A stretch of DNA of 17,537 nt from NCBI GenBank assembly GCA_038213805.1, contig JBBQSO010000104.1, positions 1 to 17,537 of the forward strand, read 5' to 3'. The first letter of the stretch is position 1. Every line of letters starts with the position of its first letter. Below the pieces are notes generated by a model. The model saw only the letters and a program-made list of their open reading frames with translations. It did no database searches and was not told where the DNA came from. Both the position numbers and the translations under genes were made by a program. The stretch is from Planctomycetota bacterium. Lineage in GTDB: Bacteria > Planctomycetota > UBA11346. Positions 9,688 through 17,114 of the stretch are shown here, in pieces.

Positions 9688-11121
9688 CTATTCTAAAAGT
9701 CGTCCCAGGTGGGCGCAGGCCTCTTCGCTGAGATGGCTGCTGCGGTTGAGCGTGAGTCCGATGCGCAGCCCTTCCTGCACCACCTGCCTCTCGAGGTAGT
9801 CGTTCGAGGGTGAGTTGGGCGGCAGCCCGAAGATCGCGAAGCGCAGATCCCCACCCGCGAACACTGGCGAGTCGCCGAGCTGGGCGAGGCGCGCGCGCGC
9901 GGCGCCGGCCAGGCCCATCGCCAGCACGTCCATCTGCGAGTACTCGCCTTCCATGCCCTGGGCGTTGAGCGCGAACTCGACCGCGACGCGGCTGCGGTAG
10001 CCCCCCTGCATCAAGTGAGGACCTGAGAGCAGCGGCAGGCGCATCTCCTGGAGCTGCCGCAGCAGCAGGAAGTCGTCGTTGTAGGTGGCGATGCTGACCC
10101 GACCGCCCGGGAAGGGCCAGCGCGAGAGCAGCGGCGTGCGGCCGTCGCAGTAGAGGTAGATGAAGGCGAGGTTGGCGAGCGCCGCGATCGGCTGGACCAG
10201 GGTCACGCCGCCACGCTCGAGGTGGCCAAGGATGCCGGGAGGCAGCACCAGGCTGATGCGCCGCCAGTGACGGCGCGCCTCGGCCGCCACGCTGAAGGCC
10301 TGGGTCAGCACCTGCCAGGGATTCGACGAGCCCTCGACGGTGGCGGTGAAGTTGCTGCCGCGGCGCGCGTCGTCGAGGCCGTCGACCCACAGCCGGCCGC
10401 GCGCATACAATGCGATCACCTGGCTCGGGTAACCCTCGGCCATGCTCAGCTGCTCGAGCACGCCGCGCCCGCAGCGCATCACCGCCTGGTGACCGTCGCT
10501 GGCCGTGGCGGAATAGGCGCGCACCTGGGCGCGTTCGAGACGCAGCGGCGCGCGCTCGGCGGCCAGCGAGTGCATCCCGCAGCGCACCAGCGCGGCGTCG
10601 ACCAGGCTGAACAGCAGCGGCACGGCGAGTTCGGTGAGAGAGGTGTCGGCGAGGGTCGCCTCGACTTGGAGGATGGCCTCGGCGGCGGCCTTGGGCGGCA
10701 GGCCGTGGCGCTCGACCAGCAGGGACTCGAGCCAGCCTCGTTCCCAGGCGCGCCGGCGGCCCTCGAGGTCGAGCACCACCAGGTTGGGCGCGCCCGCGCT
10801 CTCGCCACCCGCGCCGCTCAGGCGGCGCGAACGCCGGAAGCGCTCGCGCGCGTCGCGGTAGCGGGCGTAGGCGATGGCGACCTCGTAGTTGCCGCTTTCG
10901 TGCAGCACGTGCACCACCGCGTCCTGGATGTCCTCGATGCCGAGCGCCGCCTGGTCGCAGGAGCGCTCGAGGTGCTCGATGACCACCCGCGCCAGCTCCG
11001 CCGCCAGGGCCTCGTCGTCGATACCGACGGCCTGCTGGGCGCGCAGGATGGCGTGCCCGATGCGCGCGTCCTCGAAGGGCACCTGCTGCCCGTCGCGCTT
11101 CACCACCGCGGTCGGCCTCAC
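9688..11121 (-). CDS. Tandem ATP-cone protein with a degenerate class III ribonucleotide reductase (NrdD)-like core; probably catalytically inactive
   Basis: ATP cone aa 1-95 ([40 protein letters not shown]) and a second cone-like unit at aa ~114-183. NrdD-like [30 protein letters not shown] start overlaps the nrdR stop; no C-terminal RVxGY. Confidence 0.8.
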   Translation of the reverse strand: MRPTAVVKRDGQQVPFEDARIGHAILRAQQAVGIDDEALAAELARVVIEHLERSCDQAALGIEDIQDAVVHVLHESGNYEVAIAYARYRDARERFRRSRRLSGAGGESAGAPNLVVLDLEGRRRAWERGWLESLLVERHGLPPKAAAEAILQVEATLADTSLTELAVPLLFSLVDAALVRCGMHSLAAERAPLRLERAQVRAYSATASDGHQAVMRCGRGVLEQLSMAEGYPSQVIALYARGRLWVDGLDDARRGSNFTATVEGSSNPWQVLTQAFSVAAEARRHWRRISLVLPPGILGHLERGGVTLVQPIAALANLAFIYLYCDGRTPLLSRWPFPGGRVSIATYNDDFLLLRQLQEMRLPLLSGPHLMQGGYRSRVAVEFALNAQGMEGEYSQMDVLAMGLAGAARARLAQLGDSPVFAGGDLRFAIFGLPPNSPSNDYLERQVVQEGLRIGLTLNRSSHLSEEACAHLGRLLE

Positions 11122-11591
11122 GGTTTGGCCCGTTGGTTCTCGCCGATGACGCGGCGCAGCTCGACCATGAACTCGTCGAGGTCCTTGAACTGGCGGTAGA
11201 CCGACGCGAAGCGCACGTAGGCGACCTGGTCGAGCTTGTGCAGTTCACCCATCACCAGCTGGCCGATCAGCGTCGAGGCGACCTCGCGCACGCCCTCGCC
11301 GAGCAGCTGCTGATGGATGCGGTTGACCGCGGCCTCGAGTTCGGCGCTCGGAACCGGGCGCTTCTCGCAGGCGATGAGCATGCCGTGGAGGATCTTGCGC
11401 CGGTCGAAGCTCTGGATGCGCCCGTCCTTCTTGATCACGCGCAGCGCCTCTTCGCCCTCGACGCGCTCGTAGGTGGTGAAGCGCTTGCCGCACGGGTTGC
11501 AGGCGCGCCGCCGGCGGATGGCCGTGCCGTCGTCGGTGGCGCGGGAATCGATCACCCGGTCATCGTCCTGGTTGCAGAAGGGGCAGCGCAA
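11118..11591 (-). CDS. nrdR: Transcriptional repressor NrdR
   Basis: [31 protein letters not shown] zinc ribbon, ATP cone [34 protein letters not shown] start preceded by GGAG. Confidence 0.97.
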   Translation of the reverse strand: MRCPFCNQDDDRVIDSRATDDGTAIRRRRACNPCGKRFTTYERVEGEEALRVIKKDGRIQSFDRRKILHGMLIACEKRPVPSAELEAAVNRIHQQLLGEGVREVASTLIGQLVMGELHKLDQVAYVRFASVYRQFKDLDEFMVELRRVIGENQRAKP

Positions 11592-11707
11592 CGAGCTCTC
11601 CGGAATCCGCCGGGCTGGGGCGGGGAGGCTGACTGTAGACGGGACGCGGTCGGTGCAAGGCCGCGGCGAGCGCTGGACGGGGCGGCATCACCTCCACCAT
11701 TGCAGTC

Positions 11708-13351
11708 ATGCGCCGCCTGCTCTCGCTGATCGCCGCGCTGCTGCTCGCCGGCCTGGTGCTGCCTTGGGTGGCGTGGCCGGCGCGCAGCCAGTCCGGACCG
11801 GTGGTGGTGCTCGGGCCGATCCGCACGCTCGACCCGGTGCTGGCCTCGCGGCTCGACGAATACCGCCTGATCGCCGCGCTGTTCACGCCGCTGGTGCGCC
11901 TCGATCCCGTCAGTCTCGCGCCGCAGCCCGGCCTGGCCCTGGACTGGGAGACTGCGGCCGATGATCTGCAATGGACCTACCACCTCGATGCGCGGGCGTG
12001 CTGGCGGGATGGCCGGCCGGTGACCGCCCCGGACATGCGCCGCGGCCTGCTCCGCCATCTGTTGCTCGGCTCACCCAACGCCGCCTACCTCGAGGATCTC
12101 ATCGTTGGCGCGCACGCCTCGGCCAGCGCCCTGCCGGCGCGCTTCGCCGAACTCGACGCGGCCATCGGCTTGGCCTGCCCGGACGCGCACACCCTGATCG
12201 TGCGCCTCCGCCATCCCGCGCCGTGGCTGCCGGCGCTGCTCTCACTCGCCCCGTTCGTTCCGGCCACCACCGCCCAGCTCGACGCCGACCTCGCCGGCAG
12301 GCGCGACGGTTGGAGCGATCCGACCACCCTGGACGGCGACGGCCCGCTGCTCTGCCGCGAGCATCTGCCGCGCCACCACTACGATCTGGTGCCCAACCCC
12401 GCCTACCGCGGTGCGCACCCTGCACGCGGGCCGCTGCGCGCATTGATCGTCGAGGACGGCGCCGCGGCGGCGCGCCTCTACCTTGCCGGTCAGGTCGATG
12501 CGCTGCTCTCCCTGCCCACCGACCTCAGTGCCGATCTCGCCGCTGCGCGCGTGCCTGGCCTGCAACTCGCCACATCGCTGGCCACCGAGTTCCTGCGCAT
12601 CCGCCTGGTGCCGCGCACGCGCGGCGAGGACGGTCGCACCACCCGCGCGCTCGCCGATCCGCGCCTGCGTCTCGCCCTGGCGCGGTCCATCGACCGGGTG
12701 GCGCTCGCGCGTGATCTGCTCCATGGGCTGGTCGTGCCGGCGCGCAGCTTCGTGCCGGTGGGCTTCGCGCGCTTCTCCGCCTACCGGCCACCGCTCGGCA
12801 CCCTCGACTTCGCCCCTGCCCAGGCGCGCGCCGACCTCGCGGCCGCCACCGCCGCGCTTGGGGTGCTGCCGCCACTGGTGCTGCTCGCGCCCGCCCAGCC
12901 GGCAGAGCGCGCGTGGGTGGCGGAATTCATCGCCGACGGCTGGCGGCGCGAACTGGGGCTGACCATCGAGGTGCGCCTGCTGCTGCCCACCGAGCTGCGC
13001 ACGCGCGAACGCGCTTTCGCCTTCGATCTGTCGCGCGGCTACTGGCAGGCTGACTTTCCGGATCCGACCAATTTCCTGGAGTGCTTCCGCGTGGGCGCTG
13101 GCAGCAACCGCACTGGCTACGCCGATGCGGAGTACGCTGCCCTGCTTGATCGCGCGGGCGGTGAAGATGGGGATGCGCGTCTCGCGACGCTGGTGTCAGC
13201 GGAGCGGCGGCTGCTGACGGCCCCGCCGCTCATACCGCTCTACCATCCGCAGTGCGCCTTCGTGGCGCGACCAGGTCTGGATGGCGTACAGGCCAATGAT
13301 CTGGAGACGGTCCACCTCGACGAGGTCGGGTGGAGCGAGATTGCGCACTGA
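11708..13351 (+). CDS. ABC transporter substrate-binding protein, family 5 (OppA/DppA-like)
   Basis: Signal/anchor; TLDP, LFTPLVRLD..PQPGLALDWE..WTYHL..WRDGRPVTAPD, DPRLRLALARSIDR, RGYWQADFPDPTNFL, NRTGYADAEY, PLIPLY. Confidence 0.9.
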   Translation: MRRLLSLIAALLLAGLVLPWVAWPARSQSGPVVVLGPIRTLDPVLASRLDEYRLIAALFTPLVRLDPVSLAPQPGLALDWETAADDLQWTYHLDARACWRDGRPVTAPDMRRGLLRHLLLGSPNAAYLEDLIVGAHASASALPARFAELDAAIGLACPDAHTLIVRLRHPAPWLPALLSLAPFVPATTAQLDADLAGRRDGWSDPTTLDGDGPLLCREHLPRHHYDLVPNPAYRGAHPARGPLRALIVEDGAAAARLYLAGQVDALLSLPTDLSADLAAARVPGLQLATSLATEFLRIRLVPRTRGEDGRTTRALADPRLRLALARSIDRVALARDLLHGLVVPARSFVPVGFARFSAYRPPLGTLDFAPAQARADLAAATAALGVLPPLVLLAPAQPAERAWVAEFIADGWRRELGLTIEVRLLLPTELRTRERAFAFDLSRGYWQADFPDPTNFLECFRVGAGSNRTGYADAEYAALLDRAGGEDGDARLATLVSAERRLLTAPPLIPLYHPQCAFVARPGLDGVQANDLETVHLDEVGWSEIAH

Positions 13352-13378
13352 CCAGCGGTGCCGCTCAGCGAACAGGGC

Positions 13379-13615
13379 TCACACCGCAGCGGGCTCGACG
13401 AGCAAAGTGACGACCACGCGGTTGGCCGTCTGGGCCACCGAGGCGATCACGTCGAGATTGGTACCGAGCTTGGCGCGGAAGCGTTCCGCGACCTGCCGCG
13501 CAGCGGACGGGTCGGGCTCACCTACAGCGTCGTAGAGCTCGAACCGATCGATGCCTCCACACGAAGTGAGGTAACCGATCAGGGCTTCGAGTTCCGGGGA
13601 GACTGTGGCGGGCAT
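13379..13615 (-). CDS. Small hypothetical protein (78 aa)
   Basis: Very strong Shine-Dalgarno AGGAGGTGA directly upstream of the ATG; globular alpha/beta-like composition; convergent with the SBP gene without overlap. Confidence 0.75.
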   Translation of the reverse strand: MPATVSPELEALIGYLTSCGGIDRFELYDAVGEPDPSAARQVAERFRAKLGTNLDVIASVAQTANRVVVTLLVEPAAV

Positions 13616-13702
13616 CCTTCACCTCCTGGCTTGATATGAGTGTACTCTTGGACGCGGGGCGTGTTGGGGCAAGAGCTGTGGGATTCAACAAGGTCCGGCG
13701 GC

Positions 13703-13857
13703 TCATCCACACGGCTTCGGGTGCTTGGCTGCGCGTGCAGCCTTGCGCCATGAATGACTGCGGATAGCGGCGGAGCTGACCGCGGCGCAGGTAAGCCTTC
13801 GGCAAGGGTGGCGAGCGGTACCGCCCCAGCGTGCGCTCTTCATCCACACCTTGCACA
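13703..13857. promoter_or_regulatory. DnaA-box-like motifs
   Basis: TCATCCACA at 13703-13711 and 13840-13848 (1 mismatch to TTWTNCACA); 2-mismatch variants CCTTGCACA (13849-13857) and, inverted, TGCGGATAG (13759-13767). Confidence 0.4.
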
Positions 13858-13893
13858 GCCTGGAGGGAATGGCCGGCCGCCACTGGCGCCGTG

Positions 13894-13920
13894 GCAAACA
13901 CCGCTACCCCGGGATGCGTA
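13894..13920 (+). promoter_or_regulatory. Putative ECF sigma-dependent promoter
   Basis: GCAAAC (13894-13899)-N17-CGTA (13917-13920) fits the general ECF 'AAC...CGT' consensus; it lies 22 nt upstream of the thioredoxin ATG. Confidence 0.55.
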
Positions 13921-13942
13921 TCAATGCGTGAGCACCACCGCC

Positions 13943-14374
13943 ATGCGCATCCCGATCGCCTCTCTCCTCGCCATCTTCACGGCGGCCCTCCTGGGAGGCT
14001 GCGCGGAAGACGGCGCGACCGCAGGCGGTGCGGGGGCGCCAGAAAAGGCGGTGGTGCACATCACCAGCGTGCAGCAGTTCGACACCCTGGTCGCGGCCAG
14101 CACCACGCCGCTGATCGTCGACTTCAACGCCTCGTGGTGCCCGCCGTGCAAGCAATTCGCCCCGGTGCTGGCGCGCTTCGCCGCTGACCATGGTGGCGCG
14201 GTGACCGCGCTCTCGGTCGACGTCGACGAGGTGCGCGAGCTCGGCATGCGCTACCGGGTCGAGGCCCTGCCCACGGTGGTGCGCCTCGACCACAGCAAGG
14301 AGGACGCACGCTTCGTGGGTGCCAAGGGTGCTGAAGACCTCGACGCCTGGTTCGCCAGCGGGCGGTCCCCGTGA
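13943..14374 (+). CDS. Lipoprotein thioredoxin
   Basis: Lipoprotein signal MRIPIASLLAIFTAALLGG|C; LIVDFNASWCPPCK active site; cis-Pro loop VEALPT. ATG 13943 preferred over 13754. Confidence 0.9.
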   Translation: MRIPIASLLAIFTAALLGGCAEDGATAGGAGAPEKAVVHITSVQQFDTLVAASTTPLIVDFNASWCPPCKQFAPVLARFAADHGGAVTALSVDVDEVRELGMRYRVEALPTVVRLDHSKEDARFVGAKGAEDLDAWFASGRSP

Positions 14375-14451
14375 GCGCCTGGGCGCTCGCCGGGCCGGGT
14401 CGCACCGGGTTCCTTGTTGCCGGGCTCGTCCGGGCGCGGCAGGCTCCCGCC

Positions 14452-15024
14452 ATGCCCGAGCCCGTGCAGACCACTGCTTCCGACGCGGCAGGCGCGCAAC
14501 TCGCGCGCTTCGCCGCCGGCGACGAGCAGGCGTTCACCGAGCTGGTGGGTGACCACCAGCAGGCCGCCTACGTGACCGCCTGGCGCGTGCTGGGCGATGG
14601 CGAGGCCGCCCACGACTGCGTGCAGGAGGCCTTCCTGCGCATCCTGCGCCACCACGCGGACTACCGTGCCGGCCAGCCGTTCCGCCCATGGCTGCTGCAC
14701 ATCGTGCGCAACCTCGCGATCGACGCGCTGCGCCGGCGCCGGCGCTTCGCGCATCCCGACAGCCTGCACGCCCTGGCTTCCCCCTCGACCCCCTCCGCCA
14801 TGGAGGGCATGGAGCTGCGCGTGCGCGTCGCCGAGGTGCTCGATGAACTGCCGGCGAAATACCGCGACATCATCGTCATGCGCGAGATGGAGGGCATCCC
14901 CGCCGAGGAGATCGCCGCCCACATCGGCGTCGACTACAGCACCACGCGCTGGCGCCTGCACCAGGCGCGCCGCCTGTTCCGCGAGGCCTGGCTGGCGCGC
15001 TTCGGCGCGGAGGACGCGCCATGA
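14452..15024 (+). CDS. ECF (sigma-70 group 4) RNA polymerase sigma factor
   Basis: GDEQAFTELV, AHDCVQEAFLRI, FRPWLLHIVRNLAIDALRRR (region 2); LDELPAKYRDIIVMREMEG..EEIA..STTRWRLHQARRLFR (region 4). An alternative GTG start at 14371 overlaps the thioredoxin stop. Confidence 0.93.
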   Translation: MPEPVQTTASDAAGAQLARFAAGDEQAFTELVGDHQQAAYVTAWRVLGDGEAAHDCVQEAFLRILRHHADYRAGQPFRPWLLHIVRNLAIDALRRRRRFAHPDSLHALASPSTPSAMEGMELRVRVAEVLDELPAKYRDIIVMREMEGIPAEEIAAHIGVDYSTTRWRLHQARRLFREAWLARFGAEDAP

Positions 15025-15806
15025 CCCTTGAGCCCGACATCGATCTGCGCCACGCCGCCGCCGACCATGCCGCCGGCGATCTGCCCCCGGCCGAGGCCGC
15101 GGCCTTCGCCCGGCTGCTCGTCGACGATCCGGCGCTGCAGCGTGAGGTCGCGTCCTGGAGCGCCTTCCAGTCCCGGCTCGCCACCGGAGTTCCGGATGCT
15201 GCGCATGCGCCGGGCCCCGAGTTCGCCCGTGAACTGCTGCGCCGCCGCCACGACCGCGCGCAGCGCGCCATCGCCATCCCCATGCCGCGCTGGTTCGCGG
15301 CGGCAGCGGCGGCGGGTCTGGGCGTGCTCATCGGTGCCTTCGCCGTGCCGCATGCCCGCGCGCCTGCGGATGCGGGGGTGGTGGCCTTGCAGGACGACGG
15401 CACCGGTGCAAGCGCACCGGCTGCGGCGACCCGTCCGCCGGTGCGTCTGGCCAGCACCGATCGCGTCCGCACCAGCGGTGACGACCCGGCGCGGCTCGCT
15501 GCCACCGGCGAACATCCTTGGATCGGCCTGTGGACGCGCCTGGTGACCCTCGACGAGGGAACCACGCATGCTCGTCATGCCCATCTGGTGGTGCGCATGG
15601 TTTCCGGCAGCCCTGCGAGCGCGGCGGGGATCCATGCCGGCGATGTCATCCTGAGCGTGGACGGCGTCGCCGCCGATCAGGAGCAGTCCCTGGCGCGCGC
15701 CCTCGCCGCGCATCGTCCTGGCGAGATCCTCGCCATCGAGTGCTGGTGCGCGATCAACGAGCATACCAACCAGCACCGCGTTACGGTGGGCAAGGTCTAC
15801 GAATAA
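15021..15806 (+). CDS. Transmembrane anti-sigma factor with C-terminal PDZ domain
   Basis: ATGA overlap with the sigma gene; anti-sigma-like N-terminus (DHAAGDLPPAEAAAFARLLVDDPALQREV); TM helix WFAAAAAAGLGVLIGAFAV; PDZ PWIGL..VVRMVSGSPASAAGIHAGDVILSVDG..HRPGE. Confidence 0.82.
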   Translation: MTLEPDIDLRHAAADHAAGDLPPAEAAAFARLLVDDPALQREVASWSAFQSRLATGVPDAAHAPGPEFARELLRRRHDRAQRAIAIPMPRWFAAAAAAGLGVLIGAFAVPHARAPADAGVVALQDDGTGASAPAAATRPPVRLASTDRVRTSGDDPARLAATGEHPWIGLWTRLVTLDEGTTHARHAHLVVRMVSGSPASAAGIHAGDVILSVDGVAADQEQSLARALAAHRPGEILAIECWCAINEHTNQHRVTVGKVYE

Positions 15807-15863
15807 CGCTGCCCAGGGTGTGCACAGGCAGGGAAAAACCCTCCTTCATGGGTCGCGCCGCTG

Positions 15864-15891
15864 TGGTATGCTGAAGGCGGATCCCACGGAG
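15864..15891 (+). promoter_or_regulatory. Extended -10 promoter and RBS for 15897..16241
   Basis: TG-G-TATGCT (15864-15872); GGAG at 15888-15891. Confidence 0.4.
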
Positions 15892-15896
15892 TCCGT

Positions 15897-16241
15897 ATGC
15901 CTGACGATCATGCCGGCCTGCTGATCTTCCTGCTCGTCAGCATCGAAGCCGCCACCGGCTTCGTCTGCGCCGAGATCATCCGTCTCAACCTGCCGCGCCG
16001 CTGGGTGCGTACCCGCGCGCAATGGCGCCTCGCCTGGCTGACCGGGTTGGCGGTCTATGCGATCAATCTGGGCGCCATCCAGCTCGAGCGTATGGGTTTC
16101 CACATGCAGGGCCCCGCCGAGGGCATCTCCAACCTGGCCGCGATCTGGCTCTATCCGTTGATCGCCTTCCCGCTGTGGCTGAGCATCCTGCAGACGCGCA
16201 AGGTGCTGATGGCGAGCCATGGGCGGGATCCGTACGCCTAG
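15897..16241 (+). CDS. Small hypothetical membrane protein (~3 TM helices)
   Basis: 114 aa with three hydrophobic stretches, host-like codon usage and an RBS. Confidence 0.75.
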   Translation: MPDDHAGLLIFLLVSIEAATGFVCAEIIRLNLPRRWVRTRAQWRLAWLTGLAVYAINLGAIQLERMGFHMQGPAEGISNLAAIWLYPLIAFPLWLSILQTRKVLMASHGRDPYA

Positions 16242-16342
16242 CGGCGGGTCCGGAAGTCCGTACGCCTGGCGGCGGGTCCGGAAGTCCGGAAGTCCGGAGG
16301 TCCGGAGGTCCGGAGGTCCGGAGGTCCGGAAGTCCGGAAGTC
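16229..16342 (+). repeat. 28-bp direct duplication followed by 8 tandem copies of GTCCGGA(A/G)
   Basis: TCCGTACGCCT[A/G]GCGGCGGGTCCGGAAG at 16229-16256 and 16257-16284; octamers from 16276 to 16339. Confidence 0.95.
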
Positions 16343-16391
16343 TCGTGGCCACGATGTCGCAGCGGAATTCTGAAGTGATGCGAAATAACCG

Positions 16392-16420
16392 GAGGCCGAG
16401 CTGGTAACCAGCTCGGCCTC
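16392..16420. terminator. Perfect hairpin, likely terminator between convergent genes
   Basis: GAGGCCGAGCTGG-TAA-CCAGCTCGGCCTC (13-bp stem, 3-nt loop) with only weak T-rich tails on both strands. Confidence 0.7.
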
Positions 16421-16471
16421 GTGCTTCCTATATTCGTTACCTGCGTCGATAGCGCACGGCTGTCGGCTGTC

Positions 16472-16498
16472 GACTTCCGGACCCCCGGACTTCCGCAC
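16472..16498 (-). repeat. Inverted copies (~3) of the GTCCGGAR octamer
   Basis: GACTTCCGGACCCCCGGACTTCCGCAC; the reverse complement reads GTGCGGAA GTCCGGGG GTCCGGAA GTC. Confidence 0.85.
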
Positions 16499-16502
16499 TC
16501 TC

Positions 16503-17108
16503 CTACAGGATCTTATCAATGATCCCGTACGCCTTCGCCTCATCGGCATCCAGCCAGTAATCGCGGTCGCAGTCCTCGGCGAGCTTCTCGTATGGATGAC
16601 CGGTGTTGTCGGCGAGGATCTGGAGCAAGGTGCGTTTCATCTTGAGGATGCGGTTGGCGCTGATCTCGACGTCGGTGGCCTGGCCGCGGGCACCGCCGAG
16701 GGGCTGGTGGAGCAGCACCTCGCCGTGCGGCAGGATGGCGCGCTCGCCCTTGGTGCACCCGGAGAGGATGACCGCGCCCATGCTCGCGGCCATGCCGGCG
16801 ACCACCGCGTGCACGGGAGCCTTGCTGCGGCGGATGACGTCGTAGATGGCCATGCCGTCGACGATCGAGCCGCCCGGGCTGTTGATGTACAGGGTGATCG
16901 GCTTGCTGGCGTCCTCGAGCTGGAGGTGGAGCAGCTGCTGGACGATGTTGTTGGCGCAGAGATTGTCGATCTCGGTGCCGAGGTAGACGATGCGGTCCAT
17001 CAGCAGGCGGGAGGGCAGGTCGACCTCGCGCGCATCCTTGATCTTCTGGATCAGGACCTTGGGCGCGCCGGCGGTGGTGGGGCTGCTGTCGTCATCGTTG
17101 TAGGGCAT
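16503..17108 (-). CDS. clpP: ATP-dependent Clp protease proteolytic subunit
   Basis: SRLLMDRIVYLG, LYINSPGGS, GMAASMG (Ser), LLHQPLGG (His), DRDYWLDADEAKAYGIID (Asp). Confidence 0.97.
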   Translation of the reverse strand: MPYNDDDSSPTTAGAPKVLIQKIKDAREVDLPSRLLMDRIVYLGTEIDNLCANNIVQQLLHLQLEDASKPITLYINSPGGSIVDGMAIYDVIRRSKAPVHAVVAGMAASMGAVILSGCTKGERAILPHGEVLLHQPLGGARGQATDVEISANRILKMKRTLLQILADNTGHPYEKLAEDCDRDYWLDADEAKAYGIIDKIL

Positions 17109-17114
17109 GGCGAG

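Larger units (their letters stand above)
4398..9690. other. Lower-GC horizontally acquired island
   Basis: Frequent A/T-ending codons and AT-rich tracts versus the very GC-rich flanking genes; IS remnant at the left edge; composition switches back at the end of the 9688..11121 gene. Boundaries judged by eye. Confidence 0.7.

Noticed and set aside
9630..9690. NrdR box, dif site or integron attC
   Set aside because: No adequate match to acaCwAtATaTwGtg, to XerC/D arms, or to an RYYYAAC...GTTRRRY pair.
9688..11121. Functional anaerobic RNR (nrdD)
   Set aside because: Too short once two cones are subtracted, with no recognisable catalytic Cys, no CxxC metal site, no RVxGY glycyl-radical motif and no nrdG nearby; symbol withheld.
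9677..11248. 523-aa alternative-frame ORF
   Set aside because: Arg/Gly/Pro-rich off-frame shadow overlapping nrdR and the ATP-cone gene.
13616..13900. 6S RNA, riboswitch or oriC
   Set aside because: No recognisable conserved RNA motifs or long rod structure by eye; no AT-rich unwinding element or dnaA/dnaN context for an origin.
16229..16500. CRISPR array
   Set aside because: Repeats are contiguous 8-mers with no unique spacers, and no cas genes are present.
15846..16549. ORFs with repeating SGPPDFRT/GSPEVRRS peptides
   Set aside because: Translations of the octamer DNA repeat; they overlap real genes or the hairpin.
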